From NCBI GenBank assembly GCA_040755855.1, contig JBFMAD010000007.1:64001-128000 (forward strand): a stretch of DNA of 64,000 nucleotides, written 5' to 3'. Under the pieces are notes generated by a model. That model was not told the DNA's origin and did not search any database. It saw only the letters and a list, made by a program, of their open reading frames with translations. Positions 46,343-55,432 of this stretch are shown in pieces; the first letter of the stretch is position 1; each line of letters begins with the position of its first letter. Source of the stretch: Planctomycetota bacterium. GTDB taxonomy: Bacteria; Planctomycetota; Brocadiia; JAADGH01. Made by a program: the position numbers and the translations under genes.

Positions 46343-46350
46343 TGTGCAAG

Positions 46351-46746
46351 TCAGTCCTTCAGGTTCAGAATCCTGAAAATGGCCAAGAGCATGGGGACGA
46401 GGAAGAGCACGGAGACGATGTTGGCGGCAACCTTGTAGTTCTTGCGGAATATGTCGGCCATGATGTCGGGGCGCTTGAGGAACCTGCGGGCGAGGAGGTT
46501 GAACATTCGAATGAATCCGCCGAGGAAGCAATCGGCCGCCACGGCCAGGAAGATGAGAAGCAGCCCGTCAATCCGCTCGCTGGCCGGCGCGACGAGGACC
46601 GCCCCGCAGGAAACCAGGAACATGACAAACGCCACCAGCCCGCCGGCAATCAGAATAACGCTCGGAACGTTGCTATCGGGAGGAAACCAATCGTCCGCCG
46701 GCAGATGTCCGGTGGGCGATTTTGTCGGGGATCGGTCACGCGACAC
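46351..46746 (-). CDS. small membrane protein (about 3 TM)
   Basis: Three hydrophobic segments, in line with neighbouring minus-strand genes. Confidence 0.6.
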   Translation of the reverse strand: MSRDRSPTKSPTGHLPADDWFPPDSNVPSVILIAGGLVAFVMFLVSCGAVLVAPASERIDGLLLIFLAVAADCFLGGFIRMFNLLARRFLKRPDIMADIFRKNYKVAANIVSVLFLVPMLLAIFRILNLKD

Positions 46747-46767
46747 GGGCGCAGATACCTTTCATAA

Positions 46768-47721
46768 TCATCGAATCCCGAAGTCGAGCGCGGAGATCTG
46801 TCCCTCGATCGAACGCATCGCCCCGTCGCGGGTGGTTCCGCCGGACAGGGAGTATGGCGTTGCCGCCTCGACCGACTCGGACCACTGGACGCCCCCGCGC
46901 GCTGAGTAGAGATCGAGTTTGCATGTCGCATGGATTCGATAACCGACGAGGCTGCCGTCGGGTCCGCGGTAGGGCTCACCGCCGCTGTCGGAGTAGGTTG
47001 CGCGAAGTTTCTGCACCCGTTGCTTTTTTGCCTCTTCCTGCTCGATGACGATAAATCCCTTCTGCTGAAGCACCCGGCTGAGGACGTTCTGCAGGCTGCT
47101 TTCGGCCTCCTTCCGGGCCTCGGTATCCGGCACCGGAGGCGCATTCCTATCGCGGCGTATGGCGGGGTCCTGCTCCGCTTCGGGGACAAAGACCTTGTCA
47201 ATCTTGACCTCGATGAGGACCAATGCCTGCTCATTGATGGCCTTGATCTTGGCATCAATGAGCGACACAGCCGATGGCGCGCTTCCTTCCGCTGTCTCGC
47301 GGGCCTTTTTCAGGGCTGCCAGCGCGCGTATAAAGTTCCGCACCTTTAGCGCCTTGTCCGCCTCGCTAAGGTATTCGCGGATGGGCAGAAGCGCCTCGTC
47401 CGTGACCCGCGGCGCCGTCGCCGGCAGCGCCTCCGACGAGGACGAGGAAGATGAGGACGATGTGGAAGATGAGGAAGGAGGTTTTGGCGGCGTGTATTTC
47501 TCCTTGACCACCTTCTTGATATCCTCCTTCTTGAAGGTCATCGTGCCGTACTGCATCTCGATCACGATCTGCTTGTCGTTTTCCTCCACGATTTGACCCT
47601 GGAACGTGTTCCCGCTTTTCAGAATGACCTTGTCGGCGATTGCCGAGGACGCCATGAGGCCGACGGCGACGACCGCAGCAAGCCACACGAACCACAGTGG
47701 AACGCCTCGTTTTTCTGTCAT
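46768..47721 (-). CDS. hypothetical secreted protein with Ser-rich linker
   Basis: Signal peptide, DKVILKSGNTFQGQIVEEN motif, poly-Ser linker. Confidence 0.75.
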   Translation of the reverse strand: MTEKRGVPLWFVWLAAVVAVGLMASSAIADKVILKSGNTFQGQIVEENDKQIVIEMQYGTMTFKKEDIKKVVKEKYTPPKPPSSSSTSSSSSSSSSEALPATAPRVTDEALLPIREYLSEADKALKVRNFIRALAALKKARETAEGSAPSAVSLIDAKIKAINEQALVLIEVKIDKVFVPEAEQDPAIRRDRNAPPVPDTEARKEAESSLQNVLSRVLQQKGFIVIEQEEAKKQRVQKLRATYSDSGGEPYRGPDGSLVGYRIHATCKLDLYSARGGVQWSESVEAATPYSLSGGTTRDGAMRSIEGQISALDFGIR

Positions 47722-47725
47722 TTCA

Positions 47726-48655
47726 TCATCCTTTCTCGGAGGCCAGCGGCGAGTGGGCCGACCGATGTCGAGACCCGCCCAGATGGAACTTCGCCATTGT
47801 GGATTGCGTCTGAAACCCGATGTCGAAGAGAAGATTCAGGGCTCTCGACTGCGCCCCGTCGTTCACCGAAACAATCGTGTTCAAGCCGAGCCTGCAAAAA
47901 CGCTCAAACGCTACGCGGAGGAGCGCGTCGCCGATCTCACGGCATCGGTCTTCATCGGCGATGTGGAGGCAGCCGATCACGCCCTTGCCTCGCTTGCGAT
48001 AGCCCCACAGATAGCCGGCAAGTTCGTTGCGTGCAATCGCCTGGAGACCGAAGGCATGGTCCCAGCCCAGGAGAAACTCGAAGTCCTTCCGCCGGTGGAA
48101 CCCCGTGAGGTCCTCCTCCATCTTGACGATCCGGTTGAGGTCCGATGTCGTGATCTCACGAACAGTGATAGGGTCGGTTGCGGCGGACAGTTCGTCGGCC
48201 TTAATCCCGCTGTCTGCGAGGACGAGTTGGACCGTGTTTCCCACGATCTCGAAGCCGTGCTTCAGGTACATGCCGACAGAGACCGGATTGTGCGGGTAGG
48301 TGTCCAAGCCGATGAGTTCGCAGCTGGCGGACTTCAGATACTCCATGCCCGCCCGGAGGAGCGCCTTGCCCACCCCCGCCGACTGCGCGCCCGGCGCAAC
48401 GGCCAGCGGCCCGAACCAGCCGCATCGCCCCCGCGCATGATTGAAGTTGATGCCGATGATCGCGCCGTCGCGCTCGGCCACGAGGGCCCCTTTGGGGTCG
48501 GCGCGCTGCCAGAAGTCGAAGAACTCCCGTTCCCGCATCGGCAGGTTCGTCGGCTGGCCGGTGAGCCTTTCCTGCAAGTCGCCGAAGGCGACCCGATCAA
48601 TCTCCATGGCCCGCTCGGTCTCCTCCGGTCGCATGGGGCGGACGGTCAACGGCAT
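47726..48655 (-). CDS. tandem GNAT family N-acetyltransferase
   Basis: VRPMRPEE, GPLAVAPGAQSAGVGKALL, MYLKHGF, and a second degenerate GNAT ending LFDIGF. Confidence 0.85.
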   Translation of the reverse strand: MPLTVRPMRPEETERAMEIDRVAFGDLQERLTGQPTNLPMREREFFDFWQRADPKGALVAERDGAIIGINFNHARGRCGWFGPLAVAPGAQSAGVGKALLRAGMEYLKSASCELIGLDTYPHNPVSVGMYLKHGFEIVGNTVQLVLADSGIKADELSAATDPITVREITTSDLNRIVKMEEDLTGFHRRKDFEFLLGWDHAFGLQAIARNELAGYLWGYRKRGKGVIGCLHIADEDRCREIGDALLRVAFERFCRLGLNTIVSVNDGAQSRALNLLFDIGFQTQSTMAKFHLGGSRHRSAHSPLASEKG

Positions 48656-48670
48656 CTCACTCCTCTGATA

Positions 48671-49696
48671 TTACTCCGCCCACGTGAAGACCACGCCGAG
48701 GTACTCGTCCTTCTTTTTCTGCAAGCCCTCATAGGCGATCTGGGCGTCCTCGGGCGAGATCGCGTGCGTGATGAGGCCCTCCACCTTCAGCCGCCCGCGG
48801 CGGAGGAAGTCCAGGAGCAGTTCGTAGTTCTGCTGGATGGACGGCCCGCCCTCGGGCGTCGGGAATTTCGGGTAGAGCCACTCCAGCGCGCCCTTGATGG
48901 CCACGCCGCGGATGTGGCAGTCGTGCAGGATATCGCTCGCGTCCACCTTCGACCGCCCGCGCGGAGAACCGAGCAGGATCAACTCGCCGTTCTTCCGCGC
49001 AAGGGCCATGGCGCCGGGGATGAGGTCGGGCAGGCCGATGGCGTCCACGACGCACTTCGCCCCCTCGCCGTTGGTCAGGGCCTTGACTCGCTCGATCGCG
49101 TTCTCTTCCCTGGGGTTGATGAGGTGCCGCACACCGCAGATGCGGGCGAGAGCCAGTCGCTGCTCGGAGACATCAATGCCGATGACCCGCGCCCCCTGCA
49201 GATCGAACAGCTGCGCCGCGAAGTTGCCCACAAGGCCGAGGCCCTGAACTACCACCGCGTCGCCCATCCGGAAGTCGGCAACGCGCACGGACGTGATCGC
49301 CACCCCCGCCAGGCGCAGGAGAAGGGCATGGTGATGGTTCACGTCGTTCGGAAGCTTGAGGGCGTTCGTGGCCTTCAGGTTCACTAAGTGGATCGAGGCA
49401 TGTTTGCCCATAGTGAAAATGAAGTCGCCCTCGTGGTAGTCGTTCACGTTCGCGCCGACTTTCAGCACGCGCCCTACGCTGGCATATCCCGGGTGGAAGG
49501 GATAGTGGCACCATGCCTTTGGGTCGTAAACCTGCTCATCGAGGGCGCTGAAGATGGCCCCCTCCGTGCCCGGGCTGATGAGGGAGCAGAGGGTCTGGAT
49601 CAGGACATGGTCCGCCGGGACCCGCGTCTCGTCAATCTCGAAGTCTTCCAGAACCACCTTGTTCGCTTCAGGAAAGCACAGCCGCTTCCCTTTCAT
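48671..49696 (-). CDS. zinc-binding alcohol dehydrogenase (MDR) family
   Basis: SLISPGTE, PGYASVGRV, GLGLVG, VDAIG, LITH. Confidence 0.88.
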   Translation of the reverse strand: MKGKRLCFPEANKVVLEDFEIDETRVPADHVLIQTLCSLISPGTEGAIFSALDEQVYDPKAWCHYPFHPGYASVGRVLKVGANVNDYHEGDFIFTMGKHASIHLVNLKATNALKLPNDVNHHHALLLRLAGVAITSVRVADFRMGDAVVVQGLGLVGNFAAQLFDLQGARVIGIDVSEQRLALARICGVRHLINPREENAIERVKALTNGEGAKCVVDAIGLPDLIPGAMALARKNGELILLGSPRGRSKVDASDILHDCHIRGVAIKGALEWLYPKFPTPEGGPSIQQNYELLLDFLRRGRLKVEGLITHAISPEDAQIAYEGLQKKKDEYLGVVFTWAE

Positions 49697-49739
49697 TGCC
49701 GCCCTCCTTATCTATTCCTTGATGTCGTCAAAACTGATC

Positions 49740-49763
49740 GTAGCGGAAGTCGCCGGACTTCCG
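49740..49763 (+). repeat. GTAG-type REP-like palindrome
   Basis: GTAG + CGGAAGTC-gccg-GACTTCCG. Confidence 0.55.
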
Positions 49764-49775
49764 ACAAGGCAATCG

Positions 49776-49808
49776 AACCTCCCGGAGGTTCCAAACCTCC
49801 GGGAGGTT
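49776..49808. repeat. REP-like long palindrome, copy 1
   Basis: AACCTCCCGGAGG-ttccaaa-CCTCCGGGAGGTT (13-bp perfect stem). Confidence 0.65.
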
Positions 49809-49851
49809 TGTGCCTCTCCGGGCTGAACTCTGGCGGGTTCAGCTACAGGAA

Positions 49852-51147
49852 CTACATGGTCGCCCGCTTCGCCTTCTCCCGCACCTTGAAGACGCAGAAT
49901 TCGCCGCACATGGAGCAGGTGTCCTCGCTCTGGGCCTTGATGTGGGCGCGGAACTCCTTGGCGCGCTTCGGGTCGAGGCACTCGCTCAGCATCTTTCGCC
50001 AGTCGCGGGTCCGTCGGTAGCCGGAGAAGGTCCGGTCCCAGTCGGCCGCGCCCGGCAGGCCGCGGGCGATGTCCGCCGCGTGGGCCGCGATGCGCGCCAC
50101 GACAACGCCCTCGCGCACGTCCGCCGGCGTGGGCAGGCTCAGGTGCTCGGTCGGCGTGACGTAGCAGAGAAAGTCCGCCCCCGCCATGCCCGCCACGGCC
50201 CCGCCGATGGCCGCGTTGATGTGGTCATACCCTGGGGCGACGTCCGTGACGAGCGGACCAAGGACATAGAACGGCGCGCCCTTGCAGAGTTCCTTCTCCA
50301 TCTGCACCTGGGCCTGGATCTGGTTCAGGGGCACATGGCCCGGCCCCTCGATCATCACCTGCACGCCCGCGTCGCGCGCGCGCGCGGCCAGCTCGGCCAG
50401 GACGTTCAGCTCGTGCACCTGCGGACGGTCGAAGGCGTCGGCCAGGGCCCCGGGCCGCAGGCCATCGCCCAAACTGAGCGTAGCATCATGCTCGCGGGCG
50501 ATGTCGAGCACGTCGTCGAACCGCTCATACAACGGATTTTCGCAATTGTGATATTTCATCCACTCGGCCAAGAAGGTCCCTCCCCGGCTGACGATGCCGC
50601 ACACGCGCTCGCACTGGTCGAGCGACCGGAGCACATCCCGCGTCACCCCGCAGTGGACGGTGATGAAGTCAATCCCGTCCTCGCAGTGGACGCGGACGGC
50701 GTCGAGCATGTCCTCGGCGGTCATGTTCATGATGGTCTTCTTCCCGCGGACGGCGCGGACGGCGGCGTAGTAGATGGGGACGCTGCCGAGGGCGACCTTC
50801 GACTCCGCGATGATGCGGCGGCGGATCGCGTCAATGTCGCCGCCGGTACTGAGGTCCATGGCCGTGTCGGTCCCGGCCTCCTCGGCGGCGCGGAGCTTGA
50901 CCAGCTCGTCGGCCACGTCGGCATGGTCCATGGAGGAACCGATGTTGGCGTTGACCTTGATGCGCAGATTCTCGCCGATGGCGCAGATTCCCTCTGTCTT
51001 GCGGTTCCGGTTGCAGGGGAGCACGGCCCTGCCCTCGGCGATTCTTCGCCGCAGTTCCTCCGGCGCACAATCCTCGGCCTTGGCCGCGCGCTCCATCTCC
51101 GGGGTGATTTTATTCGCTTTTGCGTATTGAAGCTGTGTCACGTTCAT
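49852..51147 (-). CDS. thiC: phosphomethylpyrimidine synthase ThiC (short type; a BzaF-like paralogue is not excluded)
   Basis: KVNANIG, MDLSTGG, TVHCG, IVSRGG, SLGDGLRPG, MIEGPGH, PGYDHI, LCYVTPTEHL, CSMCGEFC. Confidence 0.88.
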   Translation of the reverse strand: MNVTQLQYAKANKITPEMERAAKAEDCAPEELRRRIAEGRAVLPCNRNRKTEGICAIGENLRIKVNANIGSSMDHADVADELVKLRAAEEAGTDTAMDLSTGGDIDAIRRRIIAESKVALGSVPIYYAAVRAVRGKKTIMNMTAEDMLDAVRVHCEDGIDFITVHCGVTRDVLRSLDQCERVCGIVSRGGTFLAEWMKYHNCENPLYERFDDVLDIAREHDATLSLGDGLRPGALADAFDRPQVHELNVLAELAARARDAGVQVMIEGPGHVPLNQIQAQVQMEKELCKGAPFYVLGPLVTDVAPGYDHINAAIGGAVAGMAGADFLCYVTPTEHLSLPTPADVREGVVVARIAAHAADIARGLPGAADWDRTFSGYRRTRDWRKMLSECLDPKRAKEFRAHIKAQSEDTCSMCGEFCVFKVREKAKRATM

Positions 51148-51862
51148 TTCCTGCTTTCCGTAGGCGATCCACCTCGGTCCGCGTGAGGCGGCGGAATTCG
51201 CCCGGCTTGAGGCGCGGGTCCTCGATGCCCGCGATGGCGGTGCGTCTGAGGCGTTTGACGGAGTATCCCAGGCGGACGAGCACGCGGCGGACCTCCCGAT
51301 TCTTGCCCTCGCGCAGGACCACTTCGAGCCAGGTGAAGCGGCCATCCCTGCCCCCGATGTGCGCCTGAATGCCCGCCGTGCGTCCCTCGGCCAGGTAGAT
51401 TCCCTTGGATAGTTTCTCCAGGTCCTTTGCGTCGGGCCGACCCTCGACCTTCACCAGATAGGTCTTCTCCACGCCGTAGCGGGGATGGGCCAGACGGTTG
51501 GCCAGCGCCCCATCGTTGGTGAGAATAATCAACCCCTCCGAGTCCACGTCCAGCCTCCCAACGGGATAGATGCGCTGGGGGATGCGCTCGGCCAGGAGGT
51601 CAATGACCCGCTTCTTCCCCTCCGATGCGCTGGAGCAGATGTACCCCCGGGGCTTGTTGACGATGAAATAAACCTTCTGCTCGGCGCGGAGGGGCGCACC
51701 GTCAAAGCGGATGTCGTCGGCGTTGGCGTCGGCCTTTGTCCCCAGCTCGGTCACGACCTTTCCCCTTACGGATATCCTTCCCTCCATGATAAGCTGCTCG
51801 CATCTCCTTCGGGAGCCGATGCCGGCGTCGGCGAGTATCTTTTGGAGCCTGATCTGCGCCAT
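51110..51862 (-). CDS. rRNA pseudouridine synthase, RsuA/RluB family
   Basis: S4 domain RLQKILADAGIGSRR, NKPRG, GRLDVDSEGL, EGKNREVRR. Confidence 0.92.
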   Translation of the reverse strand: MAQIRLQKILADAGIGSRRRCEQLIMEGRISVRGKVVTELGTKADANADDIRFDGAPLRAEQKVYFIVNKPRGYICSSASEGKKRVIDLLAERIPQRIYPVGRLDVDSEGLIILTNDGALANRLAHPRYGVEKTYLVKVEGRPDAKDLEKLSKGIYLAEGRTAGIQAHIGGRDGRFTWLEVVLREGKNREVRRVLVRLGYSVKRLRRTAIAGIEDPRLKPGEFRRLTRTEVDRLRKAGNERDTASIRKSE

Positions 51863-51866
51863 GACA

Positions 51867-52862
51867 TCAACCCGGGACAGGGCAATAGGAGCGCAGGACC
51901 TCCATGCCTTGGTCGCTTCGCAGGCTGCAGGGATGGATGCAAGCGGGGAGGAGGATCGTCTCGCCCAGCGTGAGGGGCATTTCGCCTCCAGGCCATGTCA
52001 GCATTCCGGCCCCGCCGATGGTCGAAAGAATCTCAAAGGACTTGGCGCCTCCGACTTCTATGGGGATTGCCCTCACGTCCAGCTTTTCATAGACGAACTT
52101 GTCGCACTCGATCAGGCGAAGCCTGCCCTTGCCGACTTTTTTCGGCTTCTCCTTGGATCGGTGGTTTGCGGCGAAGTCAATCACGCTGAGGGCCTCGTCA
52201 ACATGGAGCGGCCTCGGCTTGCCGTCCTCCCCCGGCCGGTCCCAGTCGTAGAGGCGGCATGTGAGGTCAGACGTCTCCTGGATCTCGGCGATTATGATGC
52301 CGGGACCGATGGCATGAACCGTTCCGGGCGGCAGATAGATCACGTCGCCCTTCTTCACGGGGATCCAGTTCAGGCATTTAGATACGTCCCCCACCTTGAT
52401 GCATTCCTCAAACTCCTCGCGGGGGGTGGCGGGTTTGAGGCCGAGGATCAGTTTCGCGCCGGGGTCGGCATGGAGAACGTACCATCCCTCGGCCTTGCCA
52501 TTGTCCTCGTGATGGTGCATAGCCGCGTGCTGGTCGTCGGGGTGGACTTGGACGGAGATCACGTCGTTGGCGTCAATGAACTTGAACAGAAGCGGCAGCG
52601 CCGGGCCGAATTCCTTGGCTACTTTCGGCCCAAGAATCTCAGCCGGGAGGGCATGGAACAGCTTTCGGATGGTGACGCCTTCGTATTCCCCTTCGCGGAC
52701 GACGCTTACCTCTGTTTGATAGTCACAGACCTCCCACGATTCGCCGATCTTTTTTCCTCGCGGCAGGTTCTTCCCGCACACGGAGCGGAGGCGTTGCCCG
52801 CCCCAGATCTTCTCGTGGAACACATCGCTGAGTTTAAATGGATACAGTTTCGAAGCCTTCAT
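51867..52862 (-). CDS. manA: mannose-6-phosphate isomerase, class I
   Basis: KIWGG, GESWE, LLFKFIDA, SVQVHPDD, GKAEGWY, GTVHAIG, EIQETSD, RPLH. Confidence 0.88.
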   Translation of the reverse strand: MKASKLYPFKLSDVFHEKIWGGQRLRSVCGKNLPRGKKIGESWEVCDYQTEVSVVREGEYEGVTIRKLFHALPAEILGPKVAKEFGPALPLLFKFIDANDVISVQVHPDDQHAAMHHHEDNGKAEGWYVLHADPGAKLILGLKPATPREEFEECIKVGDVSKCLNWIPVKKGDVIYLPPGTVHAIGPGIIIAEIQETSDLTCRLYDWDRPGEDGKPRPLHVDEALSVIDFAANHRSKEKPKKVGKGRLRLIECDKFVYEKLDVRAIPIEVGGAKSFEILSTIGGAGMLTWPGGEMPLTLGETILLPACIHPCSLRSDQGMEVLRSYCPVPG

Positions 52863-52897
52863 TTCATTACGACCAGTTCACGAAAAGCATATAGTTG

Positions 52898-54043
52898 TTA
52901 CTGTTCCTGCACGTTTACCGTCGGGGGCGCGACATAGTTAAGGAAGCGGTCCGCCACCTTGCCCTTGGCCGCATCGCCCGAGTGGAAGTAGACCCTGTAA
53001 TTAAACTCCAGCCGTTCACCGGCCTCGACTTCAAGGCTGCCGTCCCGCCCACGGCCCGGCTCGAAGTGTGACAGCCCAAATGGGTTCGCCGTCATCAAGC
53101 CGTAGCTGCGCACGTGCCAGTAGGTCGGGTAGCGGAAGTTGTTCGGATTGTCGAAGATGGCGATGCCGACGGTCTCCCCGTCCACGGGGCCGGAGTAGTC
53201 GCACCAGTGGGCGCGCTTGCCCCAGGTCTCCTTCTCGCCTGTTCCGCCGTAGGAATTTACGATTATCCCGCCTTTGCCGGCCTTCTCATCCATGGAGGAG
53301 GCGACGCGGATGGAGCAGATGCCGCCTTCCTTTGTGTCGCCGAAACGCACCTTGCCCTCCGTCATGCGAAGGGCCACTCCGAGGTCCACGAACCGACACT
53401 TGGCCGGTGTAGCATAGACGCGGACGGTGCGGATTTCCTCGAGGAGCTTCTTGCCCTGGTTGTCCACCCAGTCGTTCCGGGCGATGATCTCGCCATATAC
53501 AGGGCCTTCCTTGACGGCGAGGAACTCCTTGTGGACCATGCAGCCGTGGCCCTCGGTCTCGCTCCACACGTTAGCGCCGTTGACATCGCCCCAGGCGACG
53601 TAGAATGACTTGTGATGCGGGTGGTCCTGGGTCTCGCCCTCGATCCCCTGCAAAACGGGGTAGGCCCGGGTGATCGGTTTGTCGTTCGGCCCCATGACGG
53701 GGTGAAGGAACGGGCGCGCCCACTTTGCGGCGAACTGGTAGCTGGAGAAGAGCTTGCCGGAGATGAGGATGTCCACCCGCTCGTTCTCCACCATGTTGAG
53801 TTTCACGCGCGCCGCGCGTTTCGTGGAGCCGATGTTGGTACGGAGGACGTACCCCTTTTGGGTGCCGGCGAGGAGTTTTTCCTCGATGAAATAGACCTTT
53901 CCCCCACTGGCCTGGCAGGCGACGGTTTTGTTTTTGCTGCAGTCGGTCAGTTCGACGTCGCCTTCGGCCCCGGGAACATCCAGCATGACGGGGGCGTTGA
54001 TGCAATCGTGCGGCCCGGCAAGGACGATCAGTTTTCGTTCCAC
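52898..54043 (-). CDS. PmoA-like/DUF6807 family protein (beta-supersandwich; not a methane monooxygenase)
   Basis: RPFLHPV, DHPHHKS, FGDTKEGG, WGKRAHWCDYSG, PTYWHVRSYGLMTANPFG. Confidence 0.8.
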   Translation of the reverse strand: MERKLIVLAGPHDCINAPVMLDVPGAEGDVELTDCSKNKTVACQASGGKVYFIEEKLLAGTQKGYVLRTNIGSTKRAARVKLNMVENERVDILISGKLFSSYQFAAKWARPFLHPVMGPNDKPITRAYPVLQGIEGETQDHPHHKSFYVAWGDVNGANVWSETEGHGCMVHKEFLAVKEGPVYGEIIARNDWVDNQGKKLLEEIRTVRVYATPAKCRFVDLGVALRMTEGKVRFGDTKEGGICSIRVASSMDEKAGKGGIIVNSYGGTGEKETWGKRAHWCDYSGPVDGETVGIAIFDNPNNFRYPTYWHVRSYGLMTANPFGLSHFEPGRGRDGSLEVEAGERLEFNYRVYFHSGDAAKGKVADRFLNYVAPPTVNVQEQ

Positions 54044-54072
54044 GCTACGGCTCCTTTTATCTTGTGAAAAAT

Positions 54073-54915
54073 CTATACAATCCCAGCGAGGGACTGTTGC
54101 AAGTATTCATAGCTCTTGTTGGCGATCGTCTCCGGATCGGGCTTGAAATCAAAAACCTCCACGGAGACATAGCCCTGGTAGTCAATGTTCTTCAACGCAT
54201 TCATAATAGGGACGAAGTCGGTGTCGCCAAAACCCGGCCCGCGCAAGTTCGCGTCGTTGGCATGGAAATGGGCCAGGTGCGGGGCGGACTCCGCGATAAT
54301 GTCGGGGATTTCCATCACCTCATCGCTCATGGCCTTCACATCGAGGAGCAGCCGGAAGTTCGGGCTGCTCACTTCTTCAATCATGCGGATCGCCTCTTGG
54401 TGTGTGTTGATGAAGTTCGTCTCCGTCCGGGCCAGGGGTTCGACACAGAGCGTCACCCCTTTCTTCTCCGCCATTTTGGCGCAGGCCGAGAAGACCTGCC
54501 GGGCATAGGACCATGCCTTTTCGAAGGTCAGGTCCTTGTGAACGCTGCGTTGCTTGGGCGATCCGATGACCATGATCTTCCCGCCCAGGTCGGCGCAGAA
54601 GCCGATCAGGTCGGTCATAAACTCCAGGGTTTCCTTCCGTATCTTTGCATCGGGATGGTTGATATACATCCCGCCGGGTTTGACCAGGAGCCAGTGGAGG
54701 CCGACGATCTCCACTTGCGACGCCTCGGCGCTCTCCTTGATCCGTTTTCGTTTCCCTGCGTCCATCCGTCGAATGTCATCGGCGAGGGTGAACGGAGCGA
54801 TCTCGACGCCGTTGTATCCGACGTCCGCGGCGAACCGAAACACGTCGTCAATCTTCCAGCCCGTACAGAACTCGTTGCAGATCGAGAACTTCAAGACGCT
54901 TCCTCCCTGAACCAC
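54073..54915 (-). CDS. sugar phosphate isomerase/epimerase (ketose 3-epimerase-like TIM barrel)
   Basis: ICNE, GVEIAPF, GLHWLL, GSPKQR, VEPL...ETNF, LDVKAM, HFHAND, SVEVF. Confidence 0.85.
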   Translation of the reverse strand: MVQGGSVLKFSICNEFCTGWKIDDVFRFAADVGYNGVEIAPFTLADDIRRMDAGKRKRIKESAEASQVEIVGLHWLLVKPGGMYINHPDAKIRKETLEFMTDLIGFCADLGGKIMVIGSPKQRSVHKDLTFEKAWSYARQVFSACAKMAEKKGVTLCVEPLARTETNFINTHQEAIRMIEEVSSPNFRLLLDVKAMSDEVMEIPDIIAESAPHLAHFHANDANLRGPGFGDTDFVPIMNALKNIDYQGYVSVEVFDFKPDPETIANKSYEYLQQSLAGIV

Positions 54916-54925
54916 TCCCGCCGCA

Positions 54926-55432
54926 CTATTTTCCGCCCTTCTGAGACAGCTCGTCGCTCAGCATCCGCAACAGCGGTCCGAACAGGTCGCGGTTGCGTTT
55001 GTCAATCAGGAGCAACTGTTCATGCGCCTCTCGAATAAACCCGACGCGATCCATGTCGGGGATGTCCTCTTCCTCCAAGCGGAACATCTCCACATCGGGG
55101 GTTTCGACGGGCTCGGACTTCAGGTGTACGAACTTCGTCAGCCCGACCACCTCGAGGGAGCTCAGGCACTCCTTGCCGCAGTTGACGATGGTCACCTTCG
55201 GCCCTTTGCGGTCGGGGCCATGTGTTGCGATGCCCGCAATCACCCCGAGAAATGTGCTGTCCATCCCCTCGCACTTGACCAGGTCAAAGACGACCTCCTT
55301 GTAGCCGGAGTCGAGCAGTCCCCCACACAGATCGAGGAGGGCCATGGAATTATTCATGGTGCCAAGGCCGGTCACCTTGACGTAGATCATTTTTTCGCAG
55401 AGGGCTATATCAATCGTTCCGTCGTTGGACAT
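54926..55432 (-). CDS. STAS-domain anti-sigma factor antagonist
   Basis: VVFDLVKCEGMDSTFLGVI phospho-Ser motif. Confidence 0.85.
   Translation of the reverse strand: MSNDGTIDIALCEKMIYVKVTGLGTMNNSMALLDLCGGLLDSGYKEVVFDLVKCEGMDSTFLGVIAGIATHGPDRKGPKVTIVNCGKECLSSLEVVGLTKFVHLKSEPVETPDVEMFRLEEEDIPDMDRVGFIREAHEQLLLIDKRNRDLFGPLLRMLSDELSQKGGK

Noticed and set aside
52898..54043. methane monooxygenase (PmoA name)
   Set aside because: This is a soluble beta protein of the misnamed DUF6807-type family, with no TM helices and no pmoB/C.
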